In this document: positions 40,790 to 54,451 of the stretch, piece by piece
How positions within the stretch are numbered: position 1 is the stretch's first letter
Layout of the letters: every line of letters starts with the position of its first letter
From: Octopus sinensis
Taxonomy: Eukaryota
Direction: 5' to 3'
Assembly (NCBI RefSeq): GCF_006345805.1
Contig: NC_043002.1
Span: 15,128,001 to 15,192,000, forward strand
DNA: 64,000 nt
Notes under the pieces: model-generated
The model's input: the letters and a program-made list of their open reading frames with translations, nothing else
The model's database searches: none
Told to the model about the DNA's origin: nothing
Translations under genes and position numbers: made by a program

Positions 40790-40795
40790 GACTAA

Positions 40796-40826
<31 letters not shown>

Positions 40827-41061
40827 AATGTATATATATATATATGTGTATATATATATGTATATATGTATATATATATGTGTATATATATGCATATATA
40901 TATATAATATATATATTATATATATATATAATTAATATATACGTATATATGTATGTATGTATCTATCTATTAATCTATTTATCCATCTATATATTATATA
41001 TATTATATATATAATATTATATATATATAATATATATATATATATTATGTATTATATAATA

Positions 41062-41150
<89 letters not shown>

Positions 41151-41170
41151 TATATATATAATATAATATG
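40790..41170. repeat. Long degenerate (TA)n tract
   Basis: Directly visible. Confidence 0.95.
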
Positions 41171-41671
41171 CATGCATTTTTGTGTATGCACACTTCAAAT
41201 AATCAGGAACTGTTTATATACTAAAATTAAAGCATTAAAATTCTCATCAAAGCATATGCATTGGGAGATTGTATTAAAATTTAGTGCTGCTCCATTGTTG
41301 CTGCTTATGAAATTTATGATTTAATCACACGCTCTCCAGTAAACCAAGTTCTGTGAATAATGAAAATATCAGAGCACTATGAGAACTAGTGAACCTCCGA
41401 AATCGATTTTCTTTAATTCATATCTTTTATGTAATTGTATAACCGGGGATCATGTTAATAATTATTGCTAAAATATTTGTTCACGTTCCTTTCCTGGTGT
41501 CATTGCCGTTTATTGAATATTATGAAAAGGACAAGCCTCATCGTAAATCATTTCTCATCTTATTGCCAATGTCTAAAGTGTTCCAATGCTTCATATGTAA
41601 TCGGGAGTAGTCGCCAAAAAGCAAAAAGAAAAAAATGTCCTTATATACAAGATATATGAGGCATAGTGAAC

Positions 41672-41842
41672 AGGCGTGGCTGTGTGGTAAGTAGCTTGTT
41701 TACCAGCCACATGGTTCCGGTTTCAGGCCTACTGCGTGGCATCTTGGGCAAGTGTCTTCTACTATAGCCTCGGGCCGACCAAAGCCTTGTGAGTGGATTT
41801 GGTAGACGGAAACTGAGAGAAGCTCGTCGTATATATGTATAT

Positions 41843-41873
<31 letters not shown>

Positions 41874-42100
41874 GTGTGCGTGTATGTTTGTGTGTCTGTA
41901 TGTGTCCCCCTAGCATTGCTTGACAACCGATGCTGGTGTGTTTATGTCCCCGTTACTTAGCGGTTCGGCAAAAGAGACCGATAGAATAAGTACTGGGCTT
42001 ACAAAAGAATAAGTGCCGGGGTCGAGTTGCACGATTAAAGGCGGTGCTCCAGCATGGCCGCAGTCAAATGCCTGAAACAAGTAAAAGAGAGTAAAAAGAG
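41672..42100 (+). mobile_element. SINE family A, full length, young
   Basis: Near-consensus copy with an (AAAAGAGT)-type tail. Confidence 0.93.
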
Positions 42101-42351
42101 TATATATAAATGCAAATACATACACATCCACTAAACACGCACATTCACTGTTTTTTTACAGTTAAACAAGTGAAATCTAGTAATAACTTGAAGTTACAGT
42201 TTCGAAGAAACTGAATATAATAGCATTACTATGTGTTGTTACAGAGTCGGCAATACTATGTAATTAATATCAAAATATATGTTATAATTTGTTAATGGTC
42301 TCTCTTAAATTCCTAGATCACTGGTTAAAACGATTTTCTAAGGAGAACTCG

Positions 42352-42597
42352 TATACTCTTTACATTCTCTTTTACTTGTTTCAGTTATTTGACTGGGGCC
42401 ATGGTGGAGCTCCGCCTTTAGTTGAGCAGATCAACACCAAGACTAATTCTTTGGAAGCGTAGTACTTATTCTATCGTCTCTTTTGCCGAACCGCTAAGTT
42501 ACGGGGACGTAAATACACCAGCATCGGATGTCAAACGATGTTAGGGGGACAAACACAGACGCACAAACATATACATACACATTCATATATATTATAT

Positions 42598-42644
<47 letters not shown>

Positions 42645-42905
42645 TATATATTAGGATAGTATTATTGAAATACCATCACAAGTGATAAGCGATTTATCAG
42701 CCGTTCAGGCAAATTAATAAAATATATACATACAATATTAGAATAATAGATATGTGCTTATATACACAAGGGTACTACATGAGTACCTATATCGCTAATG
42801 ATATATACATATATACGACGGGCTTCTTTCAGTTTCCGTCTACCAAATCCACTTACAAGGTTTTGGTCAGCCCGAGGCTATAGTAAGAGACACTTGCCCA
42901 AGGTG
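42352..42905 (-). mobile_element. SINE family A, head missing, central microsatellite interrupted
   Basis: Reverse complement of the tail (42352-42570) and body (42815-42905), with an unrelated insert at about 42655-42800. Confidence 0.88.
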
Positions 42906-43319
42906 TATAATTTTTGAAATGACCCATGTGGCGGGAGAATACAATTCAAATCAAAAACAGTCACTATGCATATGTCAAGGTGGACGTAGTGTAGATTTTA
43001 ATGATAATTTCAAATATATAATTAGTTTTTGACCTCACGTACAGTTTTCAAGATGAGAAATATTATTTTTTGTTTCTTTTAAGCTCATGCAGTAATGGAA
43101 AATCCAATTAATGACGTGTTTGCATGTATTTCATTTACATTTACCACCCTTTAAAATAAATTAGATTAGTTCAGATGCAATATTTCATAATTTTAAATTA
43201 ACCAACCAAGTTTTGCCTGATGAAATGGGTATCTCAACATCTGAAAATGTACAGTCATTGGTCTGATGAAATATTTGATCATCTCATATCCAATATAAAT
43301 ATAACATTTGTACGACCAA

Positions 43320-43690
43320 TTTACCACCAAGACAACGCGCCAGAAGATCGTGCAAACAAAACGTCAGAGAAGCTGAAGGACGCGGGCTGGGAGATTATGC
43401 TACATCCACTTGCCCCTTTTGACTACCACTAATTCCCTGCCTTGCAACGCACGATTGGCCATACAAAGTTCGAAAACGAAGAAGATGTGAAATCATTCCT
43501 TTCCGATTTTATTCATTCAAAGCCACGTGATTTCTGGATGAAAGGTTTCAAAAATTTGCCTGAAGGATGGACAAAGGTGATCGACTGCGATGGTGATTAC
43601 CTTTTCGATTGATTATTCTTTGTTGTTTTTTAATTGTTAATAAAGTGATATTTTAAAAGTGTCGAAGAACATACTTATCAAAGTGATATA
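43320..43690 (+). mobile_element. Mariner transposase C-terminal relic and 3' end
   Basis: HQDNAP...GWEIMLHP.LAPFDYH*F...KFENEEDVK...FWMKGFKNLPEGWTKVIDCDGDY. Confidence 0.9.
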
Positions 43691-43694
43691 AATA

Positions 43695-43733
<39 letters not shown>

Positions 43734-43815
43734 AAGTGAAGTTGTAAGGTACCGCACGAGTGGAATTATATATGAAAGAAGGTTTGAAAATGCAATTTTA
43801 TAAAAAGGTTTTTTG

Positions 43816-43857
43816 ACTTGACCGGTTTCACTTTTTTATAAAAAGATTATCAAAAGT
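43816..43857 (-). ncRNA. Decayed hammerhead fold in pLTR-like region (about 43735-44110)
   Basis: ACTT-TTGATAA-TCTTTT..AAAAGT-GAAA-CCGG-TC-AAGT; palindromic ACCGGT and GUC site, with two core substitutions. Confidence 0.55.
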
Positions 43858-44289
43858 AATATGTAAAAGCTTTGTCGTATTAGGTACTGGTTGTCACAAA
43901 ATATTACAATACATATATACATTCTTGGATAATAATAAGAACATGTTAAAAACAGTTTACAAGGAAAAATCTTGGGAAAATATAAAAAAAGTTCATTAAA
44001 ATATTGGGCACAAAAAATTAAAATACACATATACATACTTTGATGATAAGAAAATGTTAAAAACAGTTTACACAAAAAAATTTTTGAGAAATTAATAACA
44101 AGTTCATAAAACCTATTAGGATTTCATTGAAAATCATGTTTGTTTGGAAGTATCTATATATACACAGAAAGAAATATATTTAGTTTACAAAGAATTTGGG
44201 ATCATTTTATTGTAAACGGGGAAAATCGGCAACCCAGTTTTGGAATGCATAAGGAACATACGCACACACACACATACACCGAAACACAT

Positions 44290-44525
44290 ATTGCAATTAC
44301 GATTACTAGATCGAGGGTTTTATGCACTGACTGAGAGGCACGTTGTGTTCTTGAGCAAAACCGTTTCTTTCACGTTGCTGCAGTCCCTCATTCTATCAAG
44401 TGTGCTTGTTGGCCTGCTCACCTCGTCAGCTGTGTGGTGTCATTTGAAAGCTAAAACAATGCAAAAACGCATTGTGACCAGGCATGTGAAACAAAATCAA
44501 ATAGCACGGTCGTTCACGCGATTAT
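44290..44525 (+). mobile_element. Old CORE-like SINE relic
   Basis: GTTGTGTTCTTGAGCAAAAC..TT.TTTCACGTTG is shared with the copy at 25803. Confidence 0.55.
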
Positions 44526-44617
44526 GTGATTTATATATATACGTAAACACAAACACACGTGTTTTAACTCTTCTGCATGTGCATATGCACACACATAAAT
44601 CTCAAATCAAACTTATG

Positions 44618-45115
44618 CAGTACACCCTCGATTATCGCAGGTCATACGCTCTCAAACCTATACGATACGTGAAAATGTGCGAATTAGGATCAGTACTGCA
44701 CTGTATATTGGTTTTGTTATATTTATAATTTGTATATTATTATTTTATTTTAAACGCAAAACAACACCAAACACTCGACTCCTAAATTGCGTTTTCCATA
44801 CACTGTGTGCGATTTTTTGTTTGCTCATCTACAGTACACTACGAATTTTATTTTAATATATTTTAAATAGTGGGTTATATTGAGCAGTACTCTAAAATAT
44901 TTTCGTTTATTAGCTTATTAATTTTCAGGCGTGAAAATGATTATTTCATCACATAAATAATTAAAATCTAAAAGAGGATAAACTCCTATCTGCCGCAGAA
45001 CCCGACTATATACTGAGGAGTCCGCTATATGAATTTGCCTATATTAGCCAGAATAATCCACGATGTACTGAGGGCGTGATAGTTGAACCGCGATATGGCG
45101 TATGATTACAGTGTA
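44618..45115. mobile_element. Decayed pogo/Tigger-like MITE
   Basis: CAGTACACCCTCGATTATCGC at left and CCGCGATATGGCG...TACAGTGTA at right; a similar lone end, TACAGTAGTCCCTCG, occurs at about 32136. Confidence 0.5.
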
Positions 45116-45337
45116 AGTATAATCATTTTATTAAGATATAACAACATGTAGAAATTTCTCTGATGCAAAGTTCAGCAAAATTCAGATGAATATGGTACTT
45201 ACGTCAAAGGCACCAGAATTGTCTATGGTATTATCCATATAAATCAAATGGGGTGATTATAATCAATATAAGCAACAAGTATATCTAAGGTAGAGTAGTA
45301 CAATTGTTTCCTGCTACTTCATTTCATTAAACACTGT

Positions 45338-45604
45338 AAGTATTACATCAGTTTTAAAATGTCGAGCAATCTTCAGCTACTTATATGATTTTCCAATCAA
45401 ACGGACAATGCACATTCTACAGTCAGGGAGTGAATATACTACTATCTTGTTCTTAAGAATGAAATCAATCTATCTGTCTATATATCTACCCTCTTTATAA
45501 TGTTGGCAAATGAAATAGGTATAAGAATGTGCATTGTCCGTTTGATTGGAAAATTCTATATGTAGCTGAAGATCGCTCGGCATTTTAAAACTGATGTAAT
45601 ACTT
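45338..45604. repeat. About 80-bp inverted repeat pair with about 100-bp spacer, same family as 31195-31410
   Basis: AAGTATTACATCAG...GCACATTCT / AGAATGTGC...CTGATGTAATACTT; contains TGTAG-CTGAAGA. Confidence 0.85.
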
Positions 45605-45609
45605 GAGTG

Positions 45610-45654
<45 letters not shown>

Positions 45655-46179
45655 AAACTTAAATTATCGTACTTCTACGTGCTAAAATGGGTATACGTCA
45701 TGAATACGTATTGATATATAAGAAGGAATGCATATAAATAAAGAATGAAGGATCATGTAAAAGAACGCAATACTGCAGCAGCACTCATTCCATGCATATC
45801 TTGAAAAAAAATAATCGTAAAAAATCGTCTAAGATCCAAAATTGTCGGCATTCTAGCTTACTATTTGGATAGATGTCTACAATATAAAATTCTCTTAAAT
45901 ATTTATCTACAGTTGTTCATACATTTCACACATACTGCAAAATGTTTCATTGCTTCAATATATTTGAAGCAGTAACAATTTCCTCTGTTCGATACGACGC
46001 GTAACAATCCGAATGGAATTTAATTAATACACATTAAATTTAAATTAACTATCTGTGACAGTTATGTAATTACATATTTACAATGTTTATGTTAATGAAA
46101 CATGTACATCAGTATTGAATTATGAACTATATGTCGAATTATATTTTCTGATATATATATATGTGTGTGTGTGTGTATG

Positions 46180-46228
<49 letters not shown>

Positions 46229-47881
46229 ATGTATATATATGTGCGTGTATGTATGTATGTATGTATGTATGTAAGTATGTATGTACATACGTACATACAT
46301 GTGTCTGTTTGTGTTGACAGAAAAAGAGAATGAAGTATCAGACAGGGTGATAAGTTCGTTGAGAATGAACGTCTCACTGTATTCGATCTTTTCCTCTACA
46401 CTTTCTGTTCAAATCCCGAGTATGTCAATTTTCTTGTCCATATATCATATCATATAAAAGACTTCGAATCCAAGCATTGTGTTGACTGAACTGGATGTTG
46501 GAATTTTTCTATTTGCGTTCTGATTTTGGAAAATACCAAAATCTCCTTGTGTTCTGGATGTAAACTCTTACCATTTCGACACCAGCTTCACCTGATTTCC
46601 GTCTATTCTGTGCATATATTCACACCAGCTTCCGTGTTGTAAGCACATAACGTCTGTCCCTTCATTTCAGTAGAATAAGAGGCACAGAATTCTCACCTGA
46701 ATTAAAAGCATACTTTTATAATAATTTACTGTTTTAAATTGTCAAATCTTTCGAACATGCCTTCAAGGCGTTGAAATCCGTAGTAAATAAATTATTCCTC
46801 CATTATTAATTTGCTTGACGTTCAGTTCTGTTCTTACATGTATGTGAAAGGAAAATAGAGAGATAGTGAGCGGGTGCGCATGTATCTGAATTTGTATGGT
46901 TTTGTGTGCACATAGAGTAGATAAATATATGTGTGTTTACGCATGCGCGCCCGCGTGAATATCAAGTTCAATGTTATTGGATTAATAACTCTTTTAAATG
47001 ACAAGCATTTACTGGTTCTGCATTAAAATCTTGAAAGTCATTAATGGAAACACTTCGCATTACAATATTTACACAACAGTAGGCTTAAATCAAATAGCTT
47101 TTTCGTTTCATGAATATTTATAAATATCTTGTTTGAATTAAACTTCCTATTGTTTAACAAGCAGATGCGATTGCGAGTATATAAACTTTTGATGTGTACC
47201 TCTAAGATATAAATTCTCGAATGCGCAATGGTATTATTATTACTTTATTTTAAGTTCGTTCTAACGAACACATCTCTCTGGAGATTCTAAATTGTTTTAA
47301 GATATTTTATCTTCAATTAGATTTATTCCTGTTTGACATCCTCGCCCGATTCTATGTGAAGACTGCAGCTTAGAAGATAATGTGCCCTCGACACAAGCCA
47401 ATCTGATTTCACCATTTATCCCTATCCGCAACAAGATCAATACCTTCATTAATTTTAATATGGCATCAAGCTGCATCCCCATTAACAGAAGAAATACTGT
47501 GTTATGAATCACCTCTAACTTGATAAGGCTCTAAAGTTTGAATTCGTTTCTAATTCAAAAGACTGGCCACTGGTATGTTTGGCCTTCACAAAGAATACCA
47601 AATCAAAACTAACCTTTTGAACTGGAAATGCTATCAGCAAAGAAATGTCTCGCATTACTAATTAATTTCTCAAAAGTGTGTAGCCTATACATATTTTGCG
47701 AGCAAATGTTTTGCTTTTGAGCGATTCACTGTTAGGGATTCTGAGAATAGAGAGCGTCAAAGAAAAGTTTTAATACTAAGCTTAAAACTCTTTCCTTTAA
47801 ATAAATGCTTCTCTAGCACAAAATTATGATGATCTAAATTTTTCTTCAAAGTTCTATGGGAAGTTATATATATATATATAT

Positions 47882-48146
47882 ATATATTAGAAAAAACAAC
47901 GTACTCAGAATTCTGGATATTTTTACATTTACAGATTTTTATTAATGTGTCACATGTTTTTATAATTCATATTTATATAGCTTGCATCTACTCTAGAAGA
48001 TTCTTCAGATTCTTTTTATCTGAAGAAACTAGTAAAATAGATGCAAGCGCTATTATATGATTTATAAAAACATGTGACATATTAATAAAAATATGTAAAT
48101 GTACAACAATCCAGATTTCTGAGTACATTATTTTTTCTAATATATA
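47882..48146. repeat. About 130-bp-arm palindrome (inverted pLTR-like) with decayed hammerhead
   Basis: Arms centred near 48012; the right arm has CTGAAGA...AAAACATGTGAC-ATAT-TAATAAA, compare GAAACATGTGTC at 18358. Confidence 0.8.
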
Positions 48147-48179
48147 ATACCTGTACATCAACTCCAAGCCTTCTAATTA

Positions 48180-49480
48180 TACGAAGACTGATCTCGAAAA
48201 ATGTGGAAAATTTGAAGATACCGTGATTGCTGCTTTGCTAGCGGAAAAGGAAATTTAAAATGTTTTGTGCAACTTCACTCGTGAACTGCTAGTTTCTTTG
48301 CGGGACATAAAATCAAATTCGGTAAACTATAAATTCATTATCAATATGAAAGAATCACTAAAGGCTAAAAAAGACGAAAAATGTACGAAACTCAAATGTG
48401 AATCATTTCTCTCTGTGTAACAATGTGTTGATAAATGCACAAAAGAGTCGTAGTGCCAGCCTCACTAAAAAAGGATTATTAAATGAATTTTATATTGGAC
48501 ACCCAGGGATTTCGAGAATGAAATCGTTGATGAGAAGTTATATATACTGGTCACTTATGGACGGTAATATTGAAGATTCGAAGAAAGCAGACAGAGGGTG
48601 TGCCTTAGCTGCAAATGCACATATCATTAAATATCAGCCGTAACCAAAATCAGATGTTCCATAGGTCAGGCTGCATCTTGATTACGCAGGTCCATTTACC
48701 TTGTTGTGGTGGATAGTATTCCAAACTGGCAGGAAGTACATGAATGTAAAAAGCTGACATATGCGGTTACCATAAGTTTTTTACTCAAATTGTTCCCCAG
48801 GTTGTCAATCCGGATACCATTGTGTCTAATAATGGAATTAAATTTACGTCAGACGAGTTCGGAAAATTTTGTAAGATGCTCGGCATGTCACCACTCGGCA
48901 TCGAACATGTCATCATCCTAGGTTAACTAGACAGGCTGATCGCTTTGTTGACAAATTCAAGAATGTGTTGAAAAGAGTGAAGAATGAAGCTATGGACGAT
49001 CATGCACTCTAACAATTTCTAAGTGTATACCGAGTAACACCTAATCTGAATATACGGGCGGGAATGTTACCTGCAAAATTGCTGTTTGCTAGGAAGGTCA
49101 GATCCGTTTTTGGTAAGCTGACACCTAGAAAAAAGTCGAACAACAAAAACACTTCAAAATTCTTCAAGTTATATGACAAATTGTTTTTTAAGTCTATAAA
49201 TATGGCAAGGAAAGCTAGGAGGATGATTTAATTATTCAGCAAATTGGAAGAATGATATTCCTGGTAAAAGGAGAAAATGTCGAACACAAAAGACATATTA
49301 ACCACGAGAAAAATGATTCACGCAAAAACGGTTATGAGAAATGTAATCCGCTTGGAAGTTTTGTAAAGCACCTTTCAGGTACCAACGCCCAAACAATTTA
49401 ATACTACACGTTCTAGCGCGAGAAACCAGAAAATAACGGAAACACTGGAATTTAACCCTAAGCATAAAAGATATTGAAAC
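48180..49480 (+). mobile_element. Gypsy/Ty3 LTR retrotransposon pol relic (integrase)
   Basis: GHPGISRMKSLMRSYIYW, RLHLDYAGP, VVVDS, PDTIVSNNG..FTSDEF, QADRFVDKFK, FLSVYRVTPN, PAKLLF. Confidence 0.9.
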
Positions 49481-49501
49481 TCGTAGCGGAGTTCAATTCT
49501 G

Positions 49502-49795
49502 AAAAAGGGGTAAGATAGGGAGATGTTGTGGAATGATTTGTTGTGGTGATTTGGGGAATTTAAAATTCGCCTTAATTATCAAAAAGCATTCCACAACACT
49601 CGTTATATTATGAAATACGTTGTCAAAAGTTTATTACTGTCGTTGGAAAAGCTTTCGCAGCAATGCTCATATTAATTTTTGTGATTCATTTTTTTCAGCG
49701 TGCCTGATCGACTTTGTCTGCGAAATATATATAGTAGCTATATTGACTACAAACACAACGCTATACCATTAGTGTTATCTTGGTCGTACAGAACA
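49502..49795 (+). mobile_element. Polypurine tract and probable 3' LTR of the Gypsy relic
   Basis: AAAAAGGGGTAAGATAGGGAGA followed by TGTTG at 49524; the LTR end (…AACA near 49795) is uncertain. Confidence 0.55.
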
Positions 49796-50347
49796 AATTA
49801 TAAATAAAAATATAATGTCGAATTACGTTAATGGTTTAAAAAAATGCCTGTTGGAATTATTTCAAATTGAATTCGATAGAATAGATTAAACGTAATTTCC
49901 GACTAAACGATTAGGAAACGTCTTAGATTTTTACAGTATTTAATTTGGTATTTTTATGCATTCCCAAGAGAATTATTAGTTTCAATGTATTGGAGTGATA
50001 GCGATTAAGCATCTATACAAACTAAAGACTAATTTTCTTCAGAGGATTCATCTTAGTGAATGGCTGTTTTCCCAGCGTATACACGACTTCAATTATAGTA
50101 TCCATTCTAATTATAAAACAATTCAACTACTACAAACCCTGAATCGTATGACTTCGTCTCAAATGTTTGAATGCGTTTGTCAGTGTTATCATCTTCAAAT
50201 TTCTTTGTCACGAAACAACAGATTCGCTTACATACTATTCTCCATGGAATTTTATTAATCTTGTCGGTCCCCGATTTCACATTTTCCTCGTGCATCTATT
50301 TGTATCCAAATAAGAATATTCAGTTATATATATATATTTATATAAAG

Positions 50348-50384
<37 letters not shown>

Positions 50385-50417
50385 TAGATATATATATATA
50401 TATAGATATACACGATG

Positions 50418-50452
<35 letters not shown>

Positions 50453-50596
50453 CTATATATATAGGGAGAGATATATATAGATATACAGGATAAAGAAATA
50501 TATATACATACATATATATATATTTTAATTCATTACTTTCATACTTACGGTAGTAATAGATATATTTACGGATATATACATAGGTGTGTGTGTGTG

Positions 50597-50890
50597 TGGA
50601 AGCTGACTCGCGGTAGGAGGATCTCGGTTTCGATTCCCAGACATGTCGTTGAGTGTGTTTATTGAGCGAAAACACCTAAAGCTCCACGGGGCTCCGACAA
50701 GGGTCGGTGGCGACCCCTGTTGCACTCTTTTGCCCCACCTTTTTCTCACGCTTTCTTCCTCTTTCTTGAGTAACTCTGCGATGGACTGGAGTCCCGTCCA
50801 ATTGGGGGGAACACATACGCCACAGAAACCGGGAAACAGGGCCCATGAGCCTGGCTAGGCTTGAAAAGGGCGCATAATAAAATAATAATG
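50597..50890 (+). mobile_element. SINE family C, box A region deleted
   Basis: GGTTTCGATTCCC box B; CTGCGATGGACTGGAGTCCCGTCC V-like motif; (AAT) tail. Confidence 0.88.
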
Positions 50891-51370
50891 CATATATATA
50901 TATATGTGTGTGTGTGTATGTGTGTGTCCATGCACCCACACGATTGCTTGAGTGTGTGTGAATGAGTGTTTGTATATGTGTGTCTACATTTAAATAGTTC
51001 AGGATGGAGACTTTATCTCTCTTAGTATGTACACTTGTACGTGTACGCATCTGAGTTTCCGTTGAAGGTTTCGCCATTAGAAGTGACGTTGTCTAAGGCA
51101 TGTGTACTGACTTTTTATGTTACGGCAATTAATGAAGTCATAGCTATGGGAGGTTCTGTATAATTCTATTAGTAAAAATATCTTTATACGATAGAGCACT
51201 AAAACAGATTAGCTTTCTCTTCAAAATTGTCTCCAGGGCTGAGGTGGTAGTTACTCAATATACACTATCTTCTTAATGAAGACAATTTGCTTTTATGCTT
51301 TGTTTCAGTTCTCTTAATATTGCTTGGTACACCGATATATCCGAGATCCGTCAGTCAGGTATCTGACTAC

Positions 51371-51599
51371 TAAGGCGGCGAGCTGGCAGAAACGTTAGCA
51401 CGCCGGACGAAATGCGTAGCAGTATCTAATCAGCCGTTACGTTCTGAGTTCAAATTCCGCCGAGGTCGACTTTGCCTTTCATCCTTTCGGGGTCGATTAA
51501 ATAAGTACCAATTACGCACTGGGGTCGATATAATCGACTGATTCTGTTTGTCCTTGTTTGTCCTCTCTGTTTTTAGCCCCTTGTGGGTAGTAAATAAAT
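51371..51599 (+). mobile_element. SINE family B, full length
   Basis: Perfect 14-bp TSD AGGTATCTGACTAC. Confidence 0.94.
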
Positions 51600-51822
51600 A
51601 GGTATCTGACTACGTTAATAATTACAACTAGGGAGGCGTTCTTATTTGCCTTTCTATCGGTGTACTGTGTACTTTATGCCAAGAAAGTCGACAATTTTGA
51701 AGTTGTTAGTAGCTGTTACATGAGGCTCTCATATTTTTTATCAATCTTGAAGTATTTTAACTGTCTTGTGAGTAAAGAATGGATACTGCACATGTAGTTC
51801 TCTAAATAATGTTGATAGCTCT

Positions 51823-52053
51823 TATTTCTTTAGTGCTCACACGTGGCTACACACAGAGGGGACAAACAAGGACAGAAAAACGGCTTAAGTCGATTATATC
51901 GACCCCAGTGCGTAACTGGTACTTATTTAATCGAACCCGAAAGGATGAAAGGCAAAGTCAACCTCGGCGGAATGTGAACTGAGAACGTAGCAGCAGACGG
52001 AATACCGCTAACTATTTCGCCCGTCGTGCTAACATTTCTGCCAGCTCGCCGCC
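51823..52053 (-). mobile_element. SINE family B, full length
   Basis: TSD TGTTGATAGCTCT / TGTTGATCGCTCT. Confidence 0.93.
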
Positions 52054-52373
52054 TGTTGATCGCTCTGTCTGAAGTGCACAAAAATATCATTTAGAGTGCT
52101 GCAGTCGTGAAAATTTGATTTTCAGATTGAGATTACGGAGACGTCTTACAGCGAAATACATGCATCCCTCAAATTCTTTGCGATATCAGACTAAAATACG
52201 AATGAAAATTAATGCTAATAACTAATCTGAGGTTTATTCAGAAATAAACACTTGATATTCAGGTAACATTTCAGAAGGCTACTTAGTAAAAGGGAATCCT
52301 TCCCACTTAGAGAACAGGATCATATTCGAAATGCAGTGCCAATATTTTGAGACAATATTAATAGAAGCAAGTA

Positions 52374-53471
52374 TACGAGGTGCGTTCAAACACTATCCGG
52401 CATCCAGTTTCCCCACCAAAGCCCACGTCACATGCGCAAAACCGTCTTGGTGGTAGGTTACGCAAGCATTCCTGTGCACGTAGTAAAACTCCCGCACCGA
52501 TAAACGCGCTTAAAGTACAGTCGTGTTGTTCACACTCGTTCGATTTTCGTTTTCCGGCAAGATGAACGTAGCATCGAGTAGACTTCATAAACCTATATCT
52601 ATTCACTGTGATGATGTTTTATGTGACGTCTGGATCGTGCTTAGTGCAGTCCAGTATTTCTTATTTCTCTATTGCCCACAAGGGGCTAAACATAGAGGGG
52701 ACAAACAAGGACAGACAAACGTATTAAGTCGATTACATCGACGCCAGTGCGTAACTGGTACTTAATTTATCAACCCTGAAAGGATGAAAGGCAAAGTCAA
52801 CCTCGGCGGAATTTGAACTCGGAACGTAATGACTGACGAAATACAGCTAAGCATTTCGCCCGGCGTGCTAACGTTTCTGCCAGCTCACCGCCTTATTTCT
52901 GTGTCCTGCATTTCTGTGAGGATCTGCTTGTTGTTCCACCAGCACCATGGGAACAAATTTTGCCGCCACTCACCTCCTGCGCAAATTGAATGCATTAGTC
53001 CTAGTCTTATTCCCACTTCATTATCATTTTCATGACTATTCGCTATATATTATCAATTGGTTCATTGTTTCGGCTTGTGGATGACCTGCATGAGCGAGCA
53101 TCGCTCTCCACTTTGTTGCGATCCTGTTTGAAGCGGTTGTACACCTTCTTGATCTGGGGTTTGCTCAGATCTTCTGCATGCATCTGAGTGTCTGCCAAAT
53201 TTTCTACATGCTTTGAATTTGAGTACCACTAAGCTTGTTGCGAAATTTGACGCATTATATCTGCTTGATGCATTCGGTGAAAACGAGAATCCAATAAGCG
53301 CGACTACACGTCTTTACTCTAAATGTAACAGCCGAAAACAGGCTGACGCAGCCTACCGTCAAGAAAGTTTCTTGCGTTCGTATTATGAGTGTCATCAGCT
53401 CACACACAAATCATTTTGTCCATGCGGCTTAATAAAAAGCAAATTCGGATAATTATTGAACTGATCCCGTA
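52374..53471 (-). mobile_element. Internally deleted mariner element with TIRs
   Basis: TA-CGAGGTGCGTTCAAACACTATCCG ... CGGATAATTATTGAACTGATCCCG-TA. Minus strand reads YNRFKQDRNKVESDARSCRSSTSR and VAAKFVP. Confidence 0.82.
52662..52893 (-). mobile_element. SINE family B nested in the mariner element
   Basis: Full copy; short TSD TATTTCT. Confidence 0.92.
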
Positions 53472-53815
53472 AAACAATTCCATTCAATTCTATAATCACT
53501 ATGTTCATGTAACTATATGTAAGTGATAAATAATTATTCCATAGTCCAAATGAATTAGCATCGAGCGTATTCTATGATTGGATGCTTACAAGGAAGCATT
53601 CAGTCAGAAAAAATTGTATGAAACTAACTGATTTAAACTTGTTCCCATCAGTTAGAGTGGCATAATTACTAATGGAAAGCCCATGTTTAGTATGTGCAAG
53701 AAGAAAATTATTCTATGCTAAATTTGTGACCAAATATATAGAGAAATAGAGACAGGAGGAAATATGAAAATTTACTTTATTGTCAAGATAACTGAATTTG
53801 CTGCAAAGAAAAAAT

Positions 53816-54118
<303 letters not shown>

Positions 54119-54451
54119 CATTCTAAATATTTGTATATGGATTTTCCCCGGCATTGTACATTTTTAACCAAACGGTGTATTGTTTTTTTTTTCTTTCTTT
54201 CTACAATGTCGAGAGATAATTTAGAGATGTTAGAATGTATATTAGGAAAACAAATATCATCATTATTTCACACAATGTTACTGTAATGAAATGATTTCTG
54301 CATATCTAACGCACACATTCGTATTGTTTATTCACGATATTAACAAGAAGGCAATGCAGCAGTAACAAGATCTGTTCTACTCTTAACTTTTTCCATTACT
54401 CTCTGCATCGTATTTATTCTGCTTCGTTGAATAAATAAATATAAGGCTTAG

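Noticed and set aside
41350-41415. Hairpin followed by GAAA-TCGA-TT palindrome
   Set aside because: No recognisable CUGANGA box; too decayed to call.
47297-47512. 71-aa minus-strand ORF in unique-looking sequence
   Set aside because: No motif, a non-ATG start and no supporting splice signals; it cannot be distinguished from chance.
53360-53405. CTGATGA...GAAA on the minus strand
   Set aside because: Stem II and stem I do not pair; it lies in the mariner subterminal region.
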